Shown here piece after piece: positions 34,727 through 40,823 of a stretch of 40,823 bases of DNA. Origin of the DNA: Chiloscyllium plagiosum (Eukaryota); the NCBI RefSeq assembly GCF_004010195.1, contig NC_057718.1, forward strand, positions 45,195,471 to 45,236,293, read 5' to 3'. The position numbers were made by a program, and so were the translations under genes. The notes beneath the pieces were generated by a model. That model was not told the origin of the DNA. It did no database searches and saw nothing but the letters and a program-made list of their open reading frames with translations. Position 1 is the first letter of the stretch, and every line of letters begins with the position of its first letter.

Positions 34727-35152
34727 CTCCTGTTCCCTGGATGCTGCCTGACCTGCTGTGCTTTTCCAGCAACACATTTCCATTCCAGGAATCAGTCTGG
34801 TAAACATTTGTTGCACTCCTTCCATAGAGAGAACACCGTTCTTCATGTAAGGAGACCAAAACTGCACACAGTACTCTAGGTGTGGTCTCATCAAGACCCT
34901 GCACATTTGCAGCAAGACTTCTCTGCTCCTGTACTCAAATCCTCGGCTACGAAGACCAACATACCATTTGCCTTCGTCACCACCTGCTGTACCTGTATGC
35001 TTACTTTCAGCAACTGGTCTACAAGGACCTCCATGTCTTGTGGAACTGCCCCCTTTCTCAACCTATCACCATTCAGATAATAATCTGCCACCTTGATTTT
35101 GCTACCAAAGAGGATAACCTTATGTTTATCCACATTATTCTTCATCTACATT

Positions 35153-35350
35153 TGGTTCTGCGACAACACGTTAGGTCCGTTCTCATGCAATCCCGTAATA
35201 GCAGTAGCATTTAAACTAATGGGGTTGGAATTGCATTATCACCAATACATGCTTTAAAGATTCACGCTTCAGGAGCAGTGTCCCCAATTTGTCAATCGTG
35301 TTATAATGAATTTGCATTGACGAAACGTGCATTATAGCAGAACAACCTGG
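35153..35350. mobile_element. Tc1-mariner/Tigger-like MITE
   Basis: Imperfect TIRs gttctgcgacaacacg / cgtgcattatagcagaac; related to 17725-17877. Confidence 0.5.
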
Positions 35351-36009
35351 ACCATGCATTTGCACACTCTCTAAACTTTAAAATAAGGTTGAGAATTAAT
35401 TATTAGCTGCTGAAAAAATAAATGGAGATGTATACATCTTCTGTATACTAAAGAAGAAGCAAAATGTTATGAGTATAGGTGGGTAGTAAATATAAAACCA
35501 AATGTGTGAAATATAGCACAGAAGGTAAACTGAGGAAATTAATGGTTGGAAAGCAAGAAGGAACCTAGAACAATAAGAAGTGCATCAAAAAATGTTCCTA
35601 AAATGGTAATTTAAAAGTTAAGCATCTGGCATGTTACTGTGTCTCAAAAGACATGTTATTGTATGTTTATAGGGAGGTAGTTGGGATCATAGGAATATCT
35701 TGGCAAGAAACCAGTGTTCCCATATCCTGTTCAAATGTTTCCTGCAGATTGTTATTTTTCATTTTTCCTGCCTAATTTGTTTCCTATTTCCTGCATACAT
35801 GCAACATTAGAAACAGGCCAACTGAAAAATAATGAAACTGTTCCTAGATCTTTCTTTAGGTGTTTTCGTTGATGTATCCCACAAGAGTTTCTTGAAACGT
35901 ATGACTATATTATAATTTGTATACTCCTCAGTTTTCACTTTTCAATTACTGATTACCATTTGGTTTTCATTTCTAGCTTTTTTTCCATTTCTTTCTTTTG
36001 TTGTATCTC

Positions 36010-36340
36010 TAGGCTGAATCTTACATTTTTAGCCATGTGCAAGTTGTGTTGAATTTCTTTTGGAGACTGTCTCACCAAAATGCCTGGTGGGTTTTCTCAC
36101 CCTATCTGACCAAGCTGAACTCATTATTTGTCTACCTTCTTCTACAGAGTCACCCACGTCCAACTTACGCTCATCTTCCTATGCACTGTTTCTATCCCAC
36201 AATAGGTCAGGAAGATTCAAGACGTGTACTGTGCTGCTGTCATTTGGCCCCTCATTCCTTATGAAGAGAAGATCATGACTCTGACTGCACTGAGGAGGAC
36301 CTGGACTGCTTTTGGAGGCTGCCCTTGACTTCTGTGCTCA
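36010..36340 (-). mobile_element. Myb/SANT-like remnant of a Harbinger-type element
   Basis: Minus strand QVLLSAVRV (consensus LEVLLQAVR) and QKKFN (consensus QCRKKFNDL), frameshifted; ggctgaatcttac terminus-like sequence at ~36012. Confidence 0.35.
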
Positions 36341-38404
36341 GCAACCCTATATGAAGGCTGATTGACAACTATGACATGCTTCCTGGCTTTTTGTTTGCTC
36401 TAAACAACAGACAAGAACAGCTGCAATATGAATGTGGTATTTCTAGGACAAAGAACAAAACTGAAAGGCAAGCCTGGAGCAGTCCATGAGCTGGGTGCAT
36501 GTCCCTGAGCATGCATTGTCCTTGCTGCAACATTACAAAGATACTTCCTGGTGCTGTATGGAAGTACAGAGTATCCCTTAATTTGATTGGAGATGTCCCA
36601 TGAGGGTTCTGAGAGGCTGGAAAATATTGGTTGCTAATGTCTGAGAATAGGGTGTGCGTGTGGCTGGTGTCCAAGGAACGTGCACTGAGATGTTGGTGCC
36701 AGGATTCCAACAACCATTGGGCTGAATCTGGCAGGTAGAAGCTGTGGGTTCTTTGTCAAGTCTTCCCAACATCTAGCTTGTTTGGTGAGTTTGATAAGAT
36801 GGGATTCTGAATATTAATAAGGTGAGTCATAATATTAACAAGGCATTTAAAAATCAATAAGATGTATGAATTGCCATTTCTGCCTAGCAAGAATCTCACC
36901 ACACCACTTGTGTAAAGGGTAAAGATGGGAGTGATAATCTCAATGTCAAGATGATCTTCGCCTCACTTGTTGCCTGATTCTGACACATGTATCTTCCTAG
37001 GCCACATTACTTGGGCCACCTTTAAGTTTCTGTTCTTTGTGTTTGATCTAAAAATCAGCACTGCTAACAGTGTAGCTTTCCCGCCATTCTGCAGTGACAG
37101 CCTAGATTAAAGCCCTGAATTTCATTCTGGGGTCAGGTGTGCAGAGCTGGGAGAATTCCCAGTTCTGCAAACCCAGAACTTATAAATAATTGTCCAAACT
37201 TTACATTTTTTAGTTCAGAAGGAAAACTGAATTGGAAGTCAGAGTAGTTGACACAGTGAAACCTGAGAAGGATGCTAGGTGCAGAAGCAGGATGAATAGC
37301 AAATGATCTTGAATCTCTGGCAAGGTGTCAAAAGTTTAAAAATAATGATTATCATATCCTTCCAGCACTCAACATTCACTCTTCGTTAAAACACACTTAT
37401 CACATTTAAATACCATCCTAGAAAAAAGCCTGGCAAAAAGTAAACATTTCATTCAAGCGAACATGAGTTGGAATTCATAATCCCTCAAAACAACCTGCTC
37501 CTGTCAATCAAACTGTGAAGTGGAGCCTTATGAAATGAGTCATGCAGCATTACTGGATTAATGAAACTAATCAGACTTACATTAACAAACACAGTGAAAT
37601 AGAAAGCAGACAAACTCTCCAAACTCTTGTTTTTCCAAAGATTAAAAGGCATGGAGTTTTAAATGTCTTGACAGTCTTGACAGGTCACTTTGAAAATCTT
37701 GAAAGCTCATTTTGACAGTTTAATTGTTCTATGACAGATTTTGACATTTCTGACAGTTTTGAAGTAGTAATGAGTTCATTTACACAAGAGTGGCTGCCTT
37801 GAACATTTGCAAAGAGCACATAAACTCATCTAAAGGGGTATCTTGTCTCTTCATTAAAAGAGAGTTTACTTCTCCTAAAGGTCTCCTGGGACCAGATCCA
37901 AAGCGGTAACTCTTGTTCTCTCAAAGAATACCCTGGCTTTCAAAATCAACCCACAAGGTTCAGACCTGCTATTGCTTGGTCTAATCTATACACTTAAGAT
38001 TTCAGACACCCAAATCACAAAAACCATGCAATATTTAAATTGCTAGCGATCTCAGTAAACCCATAAGCATGATTTCAGAGCCCAGTCCAATCTTGCTTCC
38101 ACAAAAATGAATATTATGTTCAGAGGAGCTAATGGAAAACTTATTTGCACAGAGAGTTCTCATGACTCACAATGAGCAAAGCCAATATCAAGAATAGACA
38201 GCATGAAACATAGCTGCAAACAGCAGCAAAAATACCAGAAAAGTAATTTCTAATTGGGCTACAGAATTGGAATTCAGAATTTAAGGTGGAGAAGCGCACC
38301 TTTAAAAGAATCTAGTGAGAGAAAAAAGTTAAGAGAAACTGTAGGATCAAGAGCACCTGAACTCAATAGTTAAACAATGTATAAACACCACAGACAGATA
38401 GCTT

Positions 38405-39004
38405 TGTGGATGTAAGTTTGCTCGCTGAGCTGGAAGGTTTGTTTTCAGACGTTTCGTCACCATACTAGGTAACATCATCAGTGAGCCTCTGGTGAAGCGC
38501 TGGTGTTATGTCCTGCTTTCTGTTTATGTGTTTAGGTTTCCTTAGGTTGGTGATGTTATTTCCAGTTCTTTTTCTCAGAGGATGGTAGATGAGGTCCAAA
38601 TCAATGTGTTTGTTGATAGAGTTCCAGTTGGAGTGCCATGATTCTAGGAATTCTCATGCATGTCTCTGTTTGGCTTGTCCGAAGATGGATGTGTTGTCTC
38701 CATCAAAGTGGTGTCCTTCCTCATCTGTATGAAAGGATATGAATGATACTGATAGTCAAATCAGAACTCCATCAACAAACATTGATTTGGACCGCATCTA
38801 CCACCTTCTGACAAAAAGAATCGGAAATTACATCACCAACCAAAGGAAACCTAAACACATAGATAGAAAGCCGGACATAACACCAGCACTTCACCAGAGG
38901 CTCACCTAGTATGGTGATAAAATGTCTGAAAACAAACCTTCCAGCTCAGCGAGTGAACTTACATCCAGAACCTCAACCTGAGCTACAAACCTTCTCAAAA
39001 CTCA
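38405..39004. mobile_element. Different PLE lineage (Poseidon-like) 3' end in inverted arrangement
   Basis: Minus strand HTDEEGHHFD.DNTSIFGQAKQRHA*EFLESWHSNWNSINKHIDLD (GIY-YIG C-terminus); ~38406-38627 is inverted relative to ~38765-38968. Confidence 0.85.
38441..38486 (-). ncRNA. Minimal hammerhead ribozyme motif, longer helix II
   Basis: CUGAUGA-U-GUUACC UAGUAU GGUGAC-GAAAC-GUC. Confidence 0.7.
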
Positions 39005-39399
39005 GTGACGGTGAGCTATTTTAAAAGATTGGTAGAATAGCAAGTGTATTGAGTTTAAGCCATGAAAGGTGGAAAAATATCCATTTTGTCCAGAAAGAAT
39101 TACAAAACTCCAGTTGGGCTACAGAAGGCAGGAAATCTTAAAAAAAAGTAGGAATCCAGTATTTTGATCATTATAAAAAGATGCAAAAACTGTGTAAGCA
39201 TACAAGAAACAGAATTTTGTATGCTTGAAACTAGTAAATCACTACAGAACAGCCTGTAATACATGATAAAGGTTTATTGGATAATTTAATATAGCATTAT
39301 AGCTGTGCAGAGTTTAAAAGAACTGCCAAACAAGGAAAATATTGTACACAGTCCAGCAAGCTGTACAGTAACTGAGTTTAAAGCAAAAATGGTGAAAAC

Positions 39400-40130
39400 A
39401 GGAATACTATGTTAAGTAACAGCAGATTACTGGTGTATGACAGAAAATTAGTAACTCCAGCATCCCTTCAAGAAGATATATTGAAAAGCATACATTGGAC
39501 ATGCTTGGATATTTCCAAGTGTACAGCCAGGTATCAGTCAGCAGTGTGGTGGCCTGATTATAGATGTCACAACCCATTGTGAAATCTGCAGTTGTGCAGT
39601 ATTATCAGATTTAGAAGACAATCCTGTCATCACTGAAGATATGAGAAGGTAAAATTCAACACAGTTTGCAATAAGAAATGATTATTGCAAAGAATGAGCA
39701 GTACACCCCATTTGAAAGTATCTGATGAACTTTGAAGTTGTTCAGACAGCAGAACTGTTGGGTAAACAAATTGATACAGTAGAACTGCCAGTCTCAGTGA
39801 CAACGATTATGCTGATTAAGCAATGATCTTCCAATAACATGACTGAATGTGAAAAAGCTTAGTTCACCATTCAATTGAGGCAAATGAAGATGTTTAACCT
39901 GATCAACAAATTGAAGAAGGTGAGGTGCACATGACTTCATGAGAGCCAGACCACAGATTTAGGAAATGGTCAAAAAGAAGAAATTCCCTGCTTTAAGCAT
40001 CCAGGATACCTCAAAAATGTCTGGTCCAGATATCCGAGATTCTGCAAAGAAGAAAGTACTTGTTTCAACAGAGCAGCTGTCTTTCATAATGAGCATTCAC
40101 AAGGTTAAAGGACCTCCAGGTAAGTTATGA
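39400..40130 (+). mobile_element. Decayed Gypsy/Ty3 pol (integrase region)
   Basis: 39421-39582 reads LLVYDRKLVTPASLQEDILKSIHWTCLDISKCTARYQSAVWWP, like the integrase zinc-binding region (IVIP.SL..IL..IH.GHLG..KC..RAR.SVWWP); AELLGKQI..ELP at ~39750. Confidence 0.7.
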
Positions 40131-40650
40131 ATCAATGACTAGGTCAAGCAGGAATGACAGCCTCCACAAAGGATATCCAAGAGATAAAAGTGGATAAGTG
40201 ATTCATAGATCAAAATTATGGTCCACAAACCTCAAACTGAACACCTACCACTCTTCCAAGTCCAAAGGAAGTGTGTACTAGAATAATTGTGATATGTCAA
40301 GACTGTCTACATTTGTGAAGTCAGAAATTTAAGGGTAGTTAGCAGTAAATGTAATATAGTGACGTACATGAATGTGTAATGGCTACCTATTAGGAAACAT
40401 TGGGGGAGATTCTATTTTATACAAACCTATTCCATTCTGATATTGTATAAGATAATACTTCTGATAATAGCTCCACTCAATCTAGTTTTTTTACACATTC
40501 TTTGGGTGGAGACAGTGTGTTCTGCACAAGTCTTTGTCAGGAGCAGATGTATTCTGTCCAGATCCCAGGAGTCCTTAGTAATTATGCCTGACTAGAAATG
40601 TAACATTGCACTTGTTGCTATTAGACAATAAACTATCTCGTTAACCAAGA

Positions 40651-40823
40651 CCATAGAGTCACAGAATCATAGAGATGTACGGCATGGAAAGAGACCCTTT
40701 GGTCCAACCCGTCCAGGCCGACCAGATATCCCAACCCAATCTAATCCCACCTGCCAGCACCGGACCCATATCCCTCCAAACCCTTCCTATTCATATACCC
40801 ATCCAAATGCCTCTTAAATTTTG
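40651..40823 (-). mobile_element. CR1 LINE 3' end (continues beyond the window)
   Basis: catagagtcacagaatcatagagatgtacggcatggaaagagaccctttggtcc...cccacctgccagcacc..ccatatccctccaaacc is a reverse-complemented CR1 tail. Confidence 0.88.

Larger units (their letters stand above)
33419..34779. mobile_element. Inverted pair of PLE 3' halves (GIY-YIG plus pLTR), one insertion with 15-bp TSD
   Basis: IIYCILCTRCGLLYIGETG..LAERFREHL (GIY-YIG) on plus, and from LCTRC onward on minus; near-identical arms; TSD CCATTCCAGGAATCA at 33404-33418 and 34780-34794. Confidence 0.92.
32846..35150 (-). mobile_element. CR1 LINE 3' part split by PLE insertions
   Basis: MRPHLEYCVQFWSPY (ORF 34661-34915) continues across the 33419-34779 PLE into ~33030-33418; small pLTR-like insert at ~32900-33020. 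Confidence 0.85.

Noticed and set aside
21460..40823. PTPN14, recalled as the head-to-head neighbour of CENPF in mammals
   Set aside because: No MPFGLKLRR/FERM-like exon or second non-repeat CpG island seen in the window.

Overview
Vertebrate genomic DNA, very probably from a cartilaginous fish (shark): it carries HE1-type V-SINEs, SacSINE1-like DeuSINEs, many CR1 LINEs and Penelope-like elements (PLEs). The only host gene I can support is CENPF on the minus strand. Four coding exons (15502-15663, 12764-12960, 9523-9644, 9074-9165; 573 nt, 191 aa, GT-AG junctions with compatible phases) lie downstream of a CpG-rich, G2/M-type promoter at about 20.8-21.3 kb with a CHR element, four CCAAT boxes and a cluster of MYB sites. 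The rest of CENPF lies beyond the left edge of the window. Most other sequence is nested transposon debris: CR1, Rex1/Babar, another LINE, two solo LTRs with TSDs, decayed Gypsy integrase, Harbinger Myb/SANT remnants and MITEs. The most striking non-coding theme is a dense set of PLE-derived elements carrying minimal hammerhead ribozyme (HHR) motifs. They occur as perfect palindromes, inverted-plus-tandem units and an ~85-bp TSD-flanked mini-element. Other candidates are an unrecognised divergent exon at the CENPF promoter, a young solo LTR with splice donors pointing at CENPF, and a micro-uORF overlapping a possible alternative acceptor. Two N gaps lie inside PLEs. Repeat family names and human comparisons come from recalled knowledge, not from searches; repeat boundaries without a TSD are approximate.
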